NCBI GenBank assembly: GCA_951406725.2
Contig: OX597818.1
Coordinates: forward strand, 109,926,001-109,990,000
Origin: Octopus vulgaris
Taxonomy: Eukaryota
Direction: 5' to 3'
Length of the DNA: 64,000 bases
The notes below the pieces were generated by a model. The model worked only from the letters and a program-made list of their open reading frames with translations. It was not told the origin of the DNA and ran no database searches. Below are positions 25,261 through 38,759 of this stretch, one piece after another. Made by a program: the position numbers and the translations under genes. Positions within the stretch are counted from its first letter, which is position 1, and every line of letters starts with the position of its first letter.

Positions 25261-26527
25261 ACAACTACAGTCTCCATTTAATATTTATTTTGATGCTGAT
25301 GTACTTGACTCAATAGGTCTCTTCAAGCACAACAGCACAGCATGTTGCCAGAATCAGTACCGACTGAATGTTAGGGTTAAGTCAACTTTATTCCTCATCA
25401 ACAAATCTAAGTTGTCCTCCAATGTTAGGAATTTTTAATTAAATTCTGTCTACTGAATGCCTCGTTTCATTGGTAAATAAATATCACTGTACCTTTTCAA
25501 TTGGGACTTTGTTTATCTCAGAAATTATTAATTAGAAATTGTCATGCCAATTAATTACACAAAGTTTTAGTAATTAGTGATAATGTAGCTTTGTTTGCTA
25601 GTGAGTGGAAGAAATGAAAATTATTTATAAATATGTCAAGATAGGAAGATACACAAACACATACACACACACATACACAAATACGTGTGTGTATGTATAA
25701 GAAAGAAAGAATGAGCAATTGAAACCTGTGGTATTCCTTAAAGCATGGAATTTATTACAGCTGCAAGAGACTTTATTGTAACAGCCATAAGAGACTTTAT
25801 GTATTATTTCTTAATCCCTTGTTTACTCTAACTTCTTTGCAATTATGTTTGAGTTATAAATTCCAGGCTCTAAAGTGGTGGTCCCCAACCTGGGGTCCAC
25901 AGAACCCTGGTGGTCTACAAAGGAAGTACTGGGGGTTCATGAACTAAATTCAAAATTTCATCCTATTATAAATTTGAGTGATGTTTTCTGTTATGTGCAA
26001 GGACAACAAAACTCAAACCAACAACTCCCCTAATCCCAAGGAATGTCCTAAGGGGGTCTATTTTTTTAAGGGCCGCCCCACTGATCCCACCACCACCACC
26101 ACCACTATTTTACTGCATTTTAAACTAAATACATGGCATTGGCAACCAAATTCGAGCAATGACAATGAATTTCATACCATCAACTCCCAGGGAATATCAT
26201 AAGGAGGTTCAATTTCTGAAGGGCTGCTTAAATGGGGCTCCATCGCCCCTCCTCACTATTTTTGTGGTGAGTGTTTGTTGATGGATGAGTGAATTTTGAT
26301 GTTGCTCAAAGGGGTACGGAACCAGTGTGATGCAGCACAGGTAAACCAGCAAATGCTGTCGGGGCCCCACTGCTGATATTGGGGGTTACATTCTATGCTT
26401 TGGACCGAGCATAGAACAGGGCTTGCCTCTTTGAGCTGGGGAATGAATGGAATGCTTGGTGTGTGTCTTGTTCTGGCTACCCACTCCTCAAAAAGTAGGG
26501 AATAGGCCTAGGTATATATAATACATG

Positions 26528-26573
<46 letters not shown>

Positions 26574-27189
26574 CAAAGAAATTCCAACACTGTTTTTTAT
26601 GTTTTATTTATATTATTTATGATATTATTAATGTAGAATATAGAATATATAGTATAAATAGTATATATATAGTAAAATGAAATGAAGTATTGATTGTCTT
26701 ATTGAATAGATGAAATATTGAATATCAAATGTTAGGGGACTAGTATACTTTCATGCGTTATAGCAGTCAAGGTCCCAGGTTGCAACAGGAATGTTGCAAC
26801 CGTTATATATATATATATATATACATACTGGATGTTTGGGCTAAATCTAGCAATTTGCATAAAAGGAAACAGCGACACAATATCCTGTCCAAAAATAAAA
26901 GAAATTTTTAAAAATCAAAATATATCAACTCGATTATGGCTGGGAGATAATAATTTACTCAAAGTAACTGCCCTCAGCTTCTACTATGGGTCCAAAACCT
27001 GGTGCATGCATTCCTCACTGTGTCCCTGAGAAGATCTTCAAGCACATCCTTAATCTTGCCTGCCAGCTAACCCTTGGTGTTCCAAGTAGAGCAGTTGGTG
27101 TTTTTTACAACTGCATTCCACACCTAGGGATTAGAATCAGGGGATTTAGGCAGCCAAACATTGGGGCCAATAAAGCCAGCCAATTCTGA

Positions 27190-27520
27190 CTCTTTCTGTT
27201 GGTATGACAAGGAGCTGAATCTTGCTGCCACAGATATGACCTTTCAGCAGCAACCCGCTCCAGCCAAGTTTTGATCCGTATTCAGCAGCTTCAGTCATCT
27301 GAACTGATCCTGAAGCTGTTTCAAAGATGTGGAGTGGCATGGCATTACTCTCACTGGAAACACACCCAAAGACCATCACCTTTCTCTTCCTGCTGGTTGT
27401 CATTGTAAGACTTAATGGGGACAGCTCTGTTGCTGTTGTCCATGTCCTGTCTCGCAGCTTTTTCAGTGTTCACAGAGCATTGAGTAGCAGACATGATCTC
27501 AGCATTTTGATATCTGGTAT
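27190..27520 (-). mobile_element. Degenerate Tc1/mariner-superfamily (maT/DD37D-like) transposase remnant
   Basis: Minus-strand peptides VMVFGCVSSES.AMPLHIFE and YLWQQDSAPCHT. Confidence 0.7.
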
Positions 27521-29429
27521 GAATCATCAAGATACAAATAACCATTTTCCATTATCCAGATGGCTTCCAGCCCTCCATCTTGGGTAACTTTCAGTGTCTG
27601 TCTACCAAATCTACTCACAAGTCTTTGGTCAACCTAAGTACTATGTAGTGGGACTGAACCCAGAGTTCTGTGGTTGGGAAGCAATCTTTAAACCACTCTG
27701 TTGTTTAATATATTTTTATGTATCTATTATTTTCAAATGTTTTGTAACAAAAAAAAAAAAAAAAACACTGATTGCAGGAAAAAAAAAAGTGATCCATCTC
27801 CACAACTGGAATTATTTTCAGATATTGATCTTATCTTCTTTGAATCTTTTTTCCCATTGCTGTGGCCATCGTTGATAAATTGGTCATTTCTAATTGAACA
27901 ACACTGATTAGATCTTACTCAAAGCTGATTCTAAAATATTTTTGCAGTCAAATATTTCCACTTTTAATTTTTTCTTTTAGTCTTTCCATCTTTTTGATAA
28001 ATAATATAATATCAAACTCCCCACCCCATCCACTGCAGGCCCCTCCATCCTCCCTCACATGCCTATCCACACACTCTCCATGTCCTCACACATCTACCAC
28101 ACTCCAGCCATGCCCAATACCTCTCACCATCACTTGCTATCTCTGCTATCTTTAAATGTCTCCCTCACACACTTATGAAACATCTCCCTCAGTCTCCTTT
28201 CTGCTGCTTATACTCCTCACCATTGACCGCTGAGGGCAGACCCTTTCTGTTTCACTGACTGTCTCTCTATTTCTCGCTTTCCTTCCTTGTCCAACTGAAG
28301 TAACCTCAATAGCACGAGGCCTACTTCTCTCCCTCTGTCAGGCTCTAATCTCTCGGTTCCTCTCCCTCTCTCATCATTTGAAAGGTCTTTGTCTAGCAAG
28401 CTCACAGGTGCTGGTGCCATGTAAAAAGCACAGAGTCCACTTTGTTTAGTAGATGGTGTTAGTGAGGGCATCAAGCCATAGAAACCATGCCAAAAGAGAC
28501 AACTGGGACCTCATGCAACTCTATGGTTTGCCATCCCCTCTCAACCCACCCAACACAAGACAGCAAAGGAAACAGAAGGTGGTGTAGGTTGTGGTTGTCG
28601 TCGTCTTTATATCTTGGCTATTAAATGCCATCTTCCATCCTTTCTTTTATTATTTTTTAAGTAGATCTAATGCACAGTGTACCATATTAGAGACAATCTA
28701 CCGGAGGAATTAAACAAATATTTAACGAGAGAGTTCTTCAATCTAAATGGTGAAACCTGTTTTTATCGGACATACTTGACTAATGTTTGATGTTTGTACC
28801 ACTGCAGTGATGGAAGACGCAAAACATTATATCTCATTAAAGATGATCTCATCTGCAGTTTAAACAATTCACTTAATCTTCATAGAATAGATTTATATTT
28901 TGGAATTTCAGCAATAAAGACAAACCATTAAAATACGCAAAGATAAACATCAGAGAGACATAACCATTGATAGAATCAGAAGATAAAAGTTTCTTGAGAA
29001 AGTAGATGAGTGATGCTACAGAAAATTCTTCCTGTGCAAGCCACTCTCCAACAACAATTTTATGGAGAATTCTTTGGTTTGTTGTTAGTTTACTATTTGT
29101 TATATTTTGTATTTAAAAAATAGAAAATGAAGATAGAAATGTTTTGAATCTGTAATTTGTAGAATTGTGTTTGTTTTTATGTTGTAGAATGAGAGACATG
29201 AGAAAAAACCAAGGTGGTTGTCTAACAGTTATGATTCTCTGGTGAAGGAAGTGTGTGGGTGTGGATAGATAGGTTGATAGATGGCAGCATGGAAAACCGA
29301 AGTTAAAGGATGATGGCTGCGATCATGCTAGAGATAGAGAGACAGATCTGTAGAGAGATATCTTGCAAGAGTTATTGTAATCTATTACTGTATGGGATAC
29401 TTTATTGATCTTGTCTAGCCTATGTTTAA

Positions 29430-29664
29430 CCCTTTAGTATGCAAACTGACCATATCCACCCCAGATATTCTACCTGTTTTATATTCAAATTGGCCAGATC
29501 TGGACTCTCACACCTGCCCTACAATCTCATTCTAAAAATAACAATCACAGCATCAAAATCCCAAAGAGACAAGATAATGAATGATTAATTCATTAAAGTA
29601 ATTAGAGTAATTAGAGTAGAGTAATTAGCATTACATTTGGCAGAGGAATTGGAATGCTAAAAGC
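29430..29664. mobile_element. TTAA-flanked MITE (piggyBac-like ends); partial copy at about 24490-24620
   Basis: ttaa|ccctttagtat ... atgctaaaagc|ttaa; internal homology to 24500-24620. Confidence 0.6.
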
Positions 29665-32600
29665 TTAAACTAGAAAAGCTTATTGTTTTGTTTTCTCTTG
29701 ATAAATTATTCTGAGGAACTGGTTTTAATCAAATGATAGTAAGTCTCTTTTGTCTTTTGTTGACACGCTCTGATTTTACTAGTCTCTGAAAATATGTCAC
29801 CCAAAGACTTCTTATTGTGATACATCATTCATTAATTATGGTGAAAACTCACAAAGATTAGAAATTCTGAGAGAAATTCAGATTTTATTTACCAAGGTGT
29901 TCCTTATATTCTATCACCAATGTTCTTTCCACGAGAAAAAAAAAAAAAAAAACATTCATCATCATCGTCGCTTAACATCCATTTTCCATGCTAGCATGGG
30001 TTGGATGGTTCGACCAGGTTCTGGGAAGCCAGGAGGCTGCACTAGACTGCAGTCTGGTCTGGCAGTTTTTCTACAGCTGGATGCCCTTCCTAACACCAAC
30101 CACTCTGTGAGTGTAGTGGGTGTTTTTAATGTGCGACCAGCACAGGTGCCAGGGGAGGCTGGCAACAGCCACGATTGGTTGGTTGGTGCTTTTTACGTGC
30201 CACCGGCACGGAAGCCAGTCAAGGCGGCACTGGCAACGGCCATGTACGGATGGTGCTTTTTATGTGCCACCATATAAAATCAAATTACTGAGAAAAAAAT
30301 CTCATTATTACTTCATTAAGGAAATGAAGAAAAAAAGAATGAGGGGTGGGGAATTAAGCAGGAGAAGATGGGGATGGTGGGAGAGGTGGGCTGTACACCT
30401 CAGACCAAATGGTGTGACATGATTGCAATGGCATTGCTGCAAAGAATGGCCAGCAGCACTTGAAATTCTTTGTACTTTCCAGGTAATCTGATGATAAACT
30501 GAAAGATCCTTCTTTTAGTTTGTTATCAGATTTGTTATCTGCTAAAAACAGCAGCTAAATCTCCCTCAAATCACACCCTACTACATTGAAAGAAACAAAG
30601 ACATTGGACAAAGCATGTCTAGAAATTAGTTGGTCACAGTTGATCTAGCAAGCGGGACCTCATATCAGTGAAGTAGGTGGGGGGTGCATTGATGCCTTCG
30701 AGAGGTAGGCCCCAAAACGGTGCACATTCTCTCCTGATGACCCCATACACTTGCTGGCTTCCCGTATGTGGAGTTTTTGACTGGTAGCACTTGCATGTGC
30801 AAGTTGATTGCAAAACAAGAAATATCTGGAATGCTGTTGATCATAAATCTATTGGAACGGGTCAGAATTAGCAATGAAATATTTGATATTTTAAAGGATT
30901 TCTATGATTTCTGAAACAAGTGGCCGGCAAAATAGGGTCAACTTTAAGGAGACAAAATAATTGCATTTTTTAAAAATTTTGGTAGGAAAAGGGTAATTAT
31001 TATGCAGCAAAGCGAGATTTATTATGAACATTGGTTTCGAATTTTGGCACAAGGCCTGCAATTTCGGGGGACAGGGAAGTCAATTACAACAACGACTGCT
31101 AAGCATTTTGTCCAGTATGCTAACAATTCTGCCAGCTCGTTAACTTATATTTCATATTAATATCAATTAAATCTTTAATTAATTATTATTGTTTAATTCT
31201 AAAAGAGAAAATTAAAGAAATCTGATCACTTTTGGCCTCGTTTAGGATTCTTATTTATTGGTGTAACCTCAATATATCAAGTTACACTGCAAGATGGGTT
31301 AAGTAGAAAGACTTCAGAGGGAGGGGAGAGGGAGAGAGGATAGTGAGGGAGAGAGAGTTAATGAGGGAGAAAGAGCAAGAGAGATCAGGGAGAGTGAGGG
31401 AGAAAGAGAGAGAGCTGGGAGAGTGAGGAAGAGACAGAGAATGAGAGAGAGAGGGAGAGAGTGAAGGAGGGACAGAGAATGAGAGAGAGAGAGAGAGAGG
31501 GGGCAGGGAGAGCAAGGGCGAGACTGAGAATGTGGGAGAGATAACTGCAGCAAAATTTGTCTTTCATTCCTCAATCAGAGAACAATATTTTCTAAGCCTC
31601 ATCTTGAATCGTGGTTAAAGCTTTGAACACAGAAAATGGATGAATCTGCCCCAAATTCTTTTGCTATTTACTGTGGAAGTTACTTGGTGACCCTGCTAGA
31701 AACTGGTGCCAATTGGAAAGCAACTGTGCTGGTACCACAGAAAAAGAAGCTGTGCTAGTGCCAGGCAGAAACCACTGGTGCCAGTACCATGTAAAAACCA
31801 TCCAGTAAAGTAGTTGGTACTTGGACGGGCATCCAGCTGTGGAGACCATTCCAAAACAGACCACTGGAGCTTAGGGCAGCTCTCCAATTTGCCAGCAACC
31901 CATGCTAGCATCCAACCATCCAACCCATGCCAGCATGAAAAATGGATGTTAAATAACGATGATGATGTGGGAGGCAGATTTACCTGGATTTACCTGTGAG
32001 AGGCAGAGCTACTCTCAATGCCACTTCACAAAAGATAATTTTTCAGATTTTCTTGGTGCTTTCACATATTTCACCAAATATCTTTTTACAGAACAAGAAT
32101 CAAATATTTTTGTGGGGTGAATATGAAAACAGAACTTATAGCAGAGACAGAAACAGTATTGCAGAGACAGAAAATGTTGGTTTTATTTTTTGGTGGATAA
32201 TTAATATCGTTAAGGGAATGAGCACAAAAAATTTAATTAAGCAGTCAAAAGGTTAAAGCTCTCCTTCCTATGTAAGAGACAATTATCTGAGATCATCACC
32301 AGCATCATCATCATCATCATCATCATCATTCTTATTACCATCTCTATAATCATCATCTTCACCATTGATGCGATTGTTGCTTTCATTACTATTGTAGGTA
32401 TACTTGTTATCATCAGTTCTTATCTCATCATCATCATCATCATCATTGTCATCGTTGTCGTCATCATCATCATCACCATTATTTAATGTTCGTTTTCCAA
32501 GTATGGTTTGACAGAAACTGGTAAGTCAGAGGACTATCCGACATGCAAGTTCCTGACTTGCTGCTCTTTGCTTTGGCATGGTTTCTCCAGCTGGATGCCC

Positions 32601-34540
32601 TCCCCAACCTCAACCGCTCTGCAGAGTCCACTGGGTGCCTTTCCCGTGGGTGTTGGGTTCATAAGATATTTCATATTTAAGCAATAACTAATATTTGTAT
32701 TTGATATTGGCCTTTTTGCTACAAAACTAATGTTTTTTCCCACTTGCCAAATCTGGAAGAAGAAGTAGAACCCATAATTCCCAAAGGCCCCACTATATTC
32801 CACCCTGTCAATTGCCAATGGAATAACTGATTAAAATTCTGCCTTTCCATTTAGGTTTATTCTTGATCCTGACTCATCAACACTGCAGAGATGAAAGGAA
32901 TCAATTTTGATATGACTAGAAATCAAAATACAGTGAAATCAAAATACAATTTTATGAAATGAAAAATCGTTTGATCTGTATATCTTGGCTAACACCACTT
33001 TTTTTTTACCTGAAATAAATAATGGAAGAATCTTACAAAATAACAGGGAAGAGCTATTGTTGGTTAAATTGAGTTCAGGACATGACTAGAATATAATTTA
33101 TCACACAAAAGGGAGATGAAAAGCAACAAGAAAGGAACTGAAAGCCATAATGCATGTAAGTCTTCTTCTAAGCAGAGAGATTTTATGTAACATGGAGATA
33201 ATGTTCAAGGTTTATCTTTCAATGATTGTAGGAAAGGCTTTGAGCAAACAAGACCACACTAACATTGATGTATTATGTGTGTGTGTGCATGCGTGCAAGC
33301 ATGCACATGCGCATGCACATGCGCATGCACAAAAATGCGCACGTATGCATACAAATGTTCTTGTGATAAGCTATGCTTTATTCCATGAAGTGTTTCTTGT
33401 TTTTTTTTTTCTGCTATGAGTAAATATATTTCTCAACAGAGATACAATCTGAGAAATGAGCCCTGCAACATGGGGTGGCTGTTGCAGCAAGTGGCACTGG
33501 CCGTTCTCTGTGGCAACTGGCCATTCTCTCACTGGCCGTTCTCTGTGCCTTTGCAATCATGTTTGTGCTTCATTTGCTCTGAGGTCTACAACCCACTACT
33601 CCTTCCACCCCCTCATCTTCTCCTGCTTAATCCCCCCACCACCACCAGCCCCAACCCTCAAAACATTTTTTTCTTTGTTTCCTGGGTAGGATGTTAAGGG
33701 TTTTGTTTCTCTCAATAATCTGATCTTTTATACTTCTTTTAATGTTATTTTTTCTTTCTTTTCTTCCTGCAAAAATATTTTGTTCATAAAATTGGCAAAT
33801 TGTTGGGAAAAAAATGATAATAACCAAACAGTCACAATGTTATGACTTTACTTCTCTCTTGCAACAGAGAAGCAAATCATCATCATTATCATCACCATCA
33901 TCATCATCATCATCATCATCTTCGTTTAACATCAGTTTTCCATGCTCTCATGGGTTGGATGGTTTGACTGGGGACTGGCAAGCCAGGAGGCCACACCAGG
34001 CTCCAATCTCACCTGGCAATGTTTCTACAGCTGGATGCCCTTCCTAATGCCAACCACTCTGAGAGTGTTGTGAGTGCTTTTTATGTGCCACCGGCATGAG
34101 ACCCAGTCAGGCGGCACTGGCATCAGCCCGTTTGGATGGTGCTTTTTACATGCTTATAGCACAGGAGCCACTTGGGGCGGGGCTGGCCTCGACCATGTTT
34201 GGATGGCGCTTTTTACATGCCACCGGCACGGGGATCCAGTCAGGCGGCACTGGCAACGAGCCACGCATGAATGATGCTTATTGCATGCCACCAGCACGAG
34301 AGCCAATCAGGTGGCACTGGCATCAGCCACAACAACTATATCCATTCTTTAAATTTTGGCACAAGGTTGTTGTAACACAAGAAGGAGAACATAGTTGAGA
34401 AAATCAAGCTCAATACTGGACTGGTTATTATTTTATCAAGGATGAAAGACAAAGCCAAATTGGCCAGGATTTGGATTCAGAACGTTAAGAGATTCAACAA
34501 AGCAAAAGACGTTTATTGATGCACGATTGTGTATAGAAGA

Positions 34541-35227
34541 ATATATTGCTCAAAGAAATTCCAACTTTGTCTGATTCTCATGTTTTATTTTCAATCTTAT
34601 AAGAATATGATATTATGAAATGATGGAATATTAAATGTCCATTAAACTATGCAATCTTCAGGTTCACCTTATCTTATATCATATTATTATAAGGGCTCTG
34701 AAAGGGTGTCTAAAGCCAGTTGGAGACGATGATCTCCTGGGGCTAAAAAGCTACAGTAACACCCCCACTTTGTGGTTAGCCATATTGAGATGGCTTTTAT
34801 ACTTTACATTATCGAGCAGTTACTGTTTACATCTCGCTCTGAGATTTAATAATGCTTACAGTCAGTTTTTCGAAATCAGTGGCCGATGTCACTAGAAAAA
34901 CTCTTATATATTTGCAAAGCAGGCCTTGTCTTTCATCGTGACCTGGTGGTTACCGCCCGTTGATAAGAGACAATAATCTCAAAACCGGTCCATGTGTATC
35001 ACTCAGGCTTGCGAGGAAGGGATGGCCTCCCTTTGCAAATACTTCAATGGCACTGAAAGGGTGTCTAAAGTCAGCTGGAGATGATGATCTCCTGGGGCTA
35101 AAAAGCTACAGTAACACCCCCACTTTGTGGTTAGCCATATTGAGATGGCTTTTATACTTTATATTATTATAAGATTGTAAATAAAATGCAAAATCAGACA
35201 AAGTTGGAATTTCTTTGAGTAATATAT
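34541..35227. mobile_element. Pseudo-LTR-like element with terminal inverted arms and an internal 115-bp direct repeat
   Basis: 34541-34608 is inverted relative to 35161-35227; 34698-34812 repeats at 35053-35167; decayed hammerhead-like motif at 34956-34994; related fragment at 26570-26640. Confidence 0.6.
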
Positions 35228-35242
35228 ATATATATATATATA

Positions 35243-35702
35243 CAGTGGTTGGACAAAATAATTGAAACACTTATCATCATAGCATCATAATTTTGAAATA
35301 TCTATAAAACCGTCAAAGGCTTGTTTATTTTTATGTTTTTTGATTTATTATTAGTGTTGCTTAATATGGTTTGTTAAAATTGCTGTTTCTTTTCTGATGA
35401 TATCCGAATTGTTGGTGCTCGTATGACAGGTGCTAGCATAACAAAAACAGCTGAAGTATTTGGTGTATCAAGAAGTATTGTCTTGAAAGTAATGACAGCC
35501 TTTGAGAAAGAAGGAAAAAACTCCTTGTTGAAACAAATCTCCGGAAGAAAATCAAAATTTTCAGATAGGGACCGTTGCATTATTATGAGAATTGTTAGAA
35601 AGGATCACAAAACTACAGCTCCCACAATTACTGCAGAGCTTAATGACCACTTTGAGAACCCAGTTTCCACAAAAACTGTTCACCAGGAGCTGCACAAAAA
35701 AA
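35243..35702 (+). mobile_element. 5' half of a Tc1-family transposon
   Basis: ta|cagtggttggacaaaataattgaaacac terminus; ORF 35423 GASITKTAEVFGVSRS...GRKSKFSDRDR...TAELNDHFENPVSTKTVHQELHK is a Tc1 paired-like HTH; truncated. Confidence 0.88.
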
Positions 35703-35704
35703 GG

Positions 35705-36050
35705 TTTCTCCTAGCGTTCACTATTTTCCTCACGTTCCATCCATGTTTGTTTTTGTTCGGTTTCCTAGTATGTCTCTGCTGTCATTTTTTTTTGTTCCCA
35801 GCTTTGACCCTCCATAAATCCCAAATTTTATTTTAGAATTTATGGGAGCAACTGTCTTTGAAGACTCATATTGTCGTTGAATGCTCGAGACAGCCGATAA
35901 CTGATGAAGGGTCCTTTTTCTGTATTGACTTGTCCTGTTTTCCATTTTTCTCGTTGTTTACATATTTCACTCATTTTCCCTCGTTTGTTTACGTATTTTA
36001 TGTTATTTGCACCGTTGGTGACGTCCTGTGTCCATATATGCATGTGTGTA
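35705..36050 (+). repeat. Unclassified interspersed repeat; other copies at 57140-57480 (-) and 49200-49410 (-)
   Basis: Direct sequence homology among the three loci (gggagcaactgtctt.gaaga..., caactgatgaaggg, gtcctgt..ccatatatg). Confidence 0.6.
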
Positions 36051-36075
36051 TATATATGTATACACATGTGTGTGT

Positions 36076-36400
36076 ATTATTGTATCTGGGGAGAGTCATT
36101 CTCTTTTAGAGCCTTATTAATTAACACACTCGCCGGTTCGATTTCCACTCATTTACTTGCGCATTTTTAAATAAAATTTTCGTTGCGTCTTGCAACATCT
36201 TCCGACAATTGAAGAGGCTGCAAGACGCAACAAAAATTTTAGAAAAAAACGAATAAGTAAATGAATGGAAATCGAACCGGCGACTGTGTTAAGTAATAAG
36301 GCTCTAAAAGAGAACGACTCTCTCCAGACACAATAAAATATGCTTCAACACACGAACTCACACAAAGAATCTTGCAAAACAAATACAAAAGCGAAATATA
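36076..36400. mobile_element. Palindromic element (about 125-bp arms) with hammerhead-like motifs at the centre and a peptide tail
   Basis: 36076-36202 is an imperfect reverse complement of 36210-36336; same family as 56775-57095. Confidence 0.7.
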
Positions 36401-36402
36401 TA

Positions 36403-37118
36403 TCTATATTACATTAAAAATGAACTTCAATTTCGCTTGCTTGCGTGCAATATTACACAACCAAACCGGCGCATAATGGGAAAATACTTTGAAAATAAAG
36501 CGCCCCTGAAATGTGAATACAAACGGAATAAAACAAGTTTTGCGTAAATCGAACTAGTTGTTATTGAGATATTCGGTGTTTGGGGGTGGGGTATAAATAC
36601 CAAAAACAGTGCATAATGGGATTATACTCCGAAAATAACTTAGCCCTGAAAAGGAAGAAACTCTAACCTTTCCATTAAACGCATTATGACGGACAAAATA
36701 TTTTAAAGTGAAAATGACTTTAAAGATACGGTAAATATTTCGTAAAGTCCTGTTCATAAACTCGGTGTGAAATAGTTTCTTTCCATAGGTTTCTTTCGAG
36801 TCCATTCAACGTATCTCACCTCCAAAGATTTGGCTGCTATTTCTAGCATGCCTTACTACCATGTAACAGCTATTTGCGATAAAGGACTCGAAATACCTGT
36901 TACGTGGTAGCAGGGCGTGCAAGAAATAGCAGCCAAATCTTTCCTTTTCTGAGGAAGGGAACCGTTTACGCGTGATTTCGATGTCACATTCGTTGAAACC
37001 ATGCAAAATAACCTGGAAAAGAAAAGAAAAACCTACGAAACAAAACTCCGTTGCTGGGAAACTTTCCTGGTACCTTAAATTATCGGTGACCCAACGGGTC
37101 ACAGATAGTCTTGTCTAG
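36403..37118 (+). mobile_element. Non-autonomous Helitron
   Basis: a|TCtatattac 5' end; subterminal hairpin gtgaccc-aac-gggtcac followed by CTAG. Confidence 0.6.
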
Positions 37119-37134
37119 AATATATATATATATA

Positions 37135-37702
37135 CAGAACTTGAGGCGATCCAACGAAGCTACACGAAGAAGATAGCCTCTGTGCAGCATATGAGCTACT
37201 GGGAAAGACTCAAGAGATTAAAGCTCTATTCCCTGGAGCGTAGGCGAGAAAGATATGCCATAATATACATCTGGAAGATCCTGGAAGGACTTGTCCCAGA
37301 CTTTGGCATCGAGAGTCACACAAATGCCAGAACCGGACACCACTGCGTAGTACCAAGGACTCCAAATTTGCCATCAAGATGTAGGACAAGATATTGTGAT
37401 AGCCTGGGCTTCAGAGGCCCACAGCTCTTCAATATCCTCCCGAAGAACCTGAGGGACCTGCATGGTGTAGATGCGGATGTCTTTAAAGTAGGACTGGATC
37501 TCTTCCTGTCAGGTGTCCCGGATGAACCAACTTTACGGCAGGAGGTGCAGATGAGGACAGCTGCATCGAACTCTCTCATGCATCAGATGGCATTTGCTAA
37601 AAAGCATCCGTGAGGTAAAATCGTGTAGCAAACCAAATGGCGGTGCCCCAGCATGGCCACAGCTCATTAGCTGAAACTGGAAAAATCAAAATCAATCAAA
37701 AT
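37135..37702 (+). mobile_element. 5'-truncated CR1-group LINE (ORF2 C-terminus and 3' UTR)
   Basis: LEAIQRSYTKKI...SYWERLKRLKLYSLERRRERYAIIYIWKILEGLVP...GPQLFNILP...LDLFLSGVPDEP; (aaatc)n tail; small sister fragment at 15325-15400 (-). Confidence 0.92.
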
Positions 37703-37818
37703 CATATATAGTTTCCTTTCTTCAACAATAGATCTCGAAGCACATGCAGTTGTATATAACAGTATGTAAATATTAGTTTGAAAAGCTCTTTTGCATAGAA
37801 AAATTGAAGGCTGCATGT

Positions 37819-37875
<57 letters not shown>

Positions 37876-38076
37876 TGAGTGTGTGTGTGTGTGTGTGTGA
37901 GGAAGATGATGATATATTCTATTAATAAAATAGAATATTTTCCTAAAGTATTCCAAACAAAATGTTTTATAACGGATACAGAAAAAAAGCTACAAAAGGT
38001 TTGTTTTGTTTTTGTGAATTTTTACATTTTTGTGTTAAATGTTTTAGATTTGTGTGAAATAACTTTACACACAAAT

Positions 38077-38116
<40 letters not shown>

Positions 38117-38339
38117 GTTGCAGTCAAAAGGCTTGTTTTGCAGACAATTGTTTTGAGCCGGCAGCTGACGCATAGTCGCTCATTCTGCTGAAAATAACGG
38201 CCAGACTTCTCACAAATGAAACCCCTAAGCCGACGTAGCACCGAGCAGAAGCGATCGTCATACTAAGTTCCTTGTACAGAATATTTTCAACTCTATCACG
38301 GAATATTCTAACAACAGCATTGGCATTTTTGATTTATAG

Positions 38340-38759
38340 TCAATCCCTTGCCAGCCATCTTGATCAGTGTTTTCCTCGGTGGTGGCAGTGGCAGAACATC
38401 CAGATTGGGTCATCTTTAAGACTCTCCCTTCTCTTAAATTCAGCTGCCCACTGTTGCATTATTGATAAAGCTGGAGCATCATCCCCTAATGTAGCAACTA
38501 AGTCTCTATGAATGTCCTTGGAGACTAAACCCTTTTTCTGCAAGTACTTGATAACACCACAATGCCAAATTTTGTCCATTTTCAAGAAAATATTCTACTA
38601 GTTACTTTTGAAGTCTTCTTTGACCAGTCAAATGTCAGTTTACTAGGAAAGAAACAATACAGTTAATAATAAGACAGGTTGAAGTTTATGCATGCAAGAT
38701 CTCACAGCCCTAGCATCACTCCTTCATAGGCGGACGAAGGACTTTGCAGCCCACCCTCG
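38340..38759 (-). mobile_element. 5' fragment of a mariner transposon
   Basis: TIR ta|cgagggtgggctgcaaagtcc on minus strand; N-terminal HTH peptide GVIKYLQKKGLVSKDIHRDLVATLGDDAPALSIMQQWAAEFKRRESLKDDP. Confidence 0.85.
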
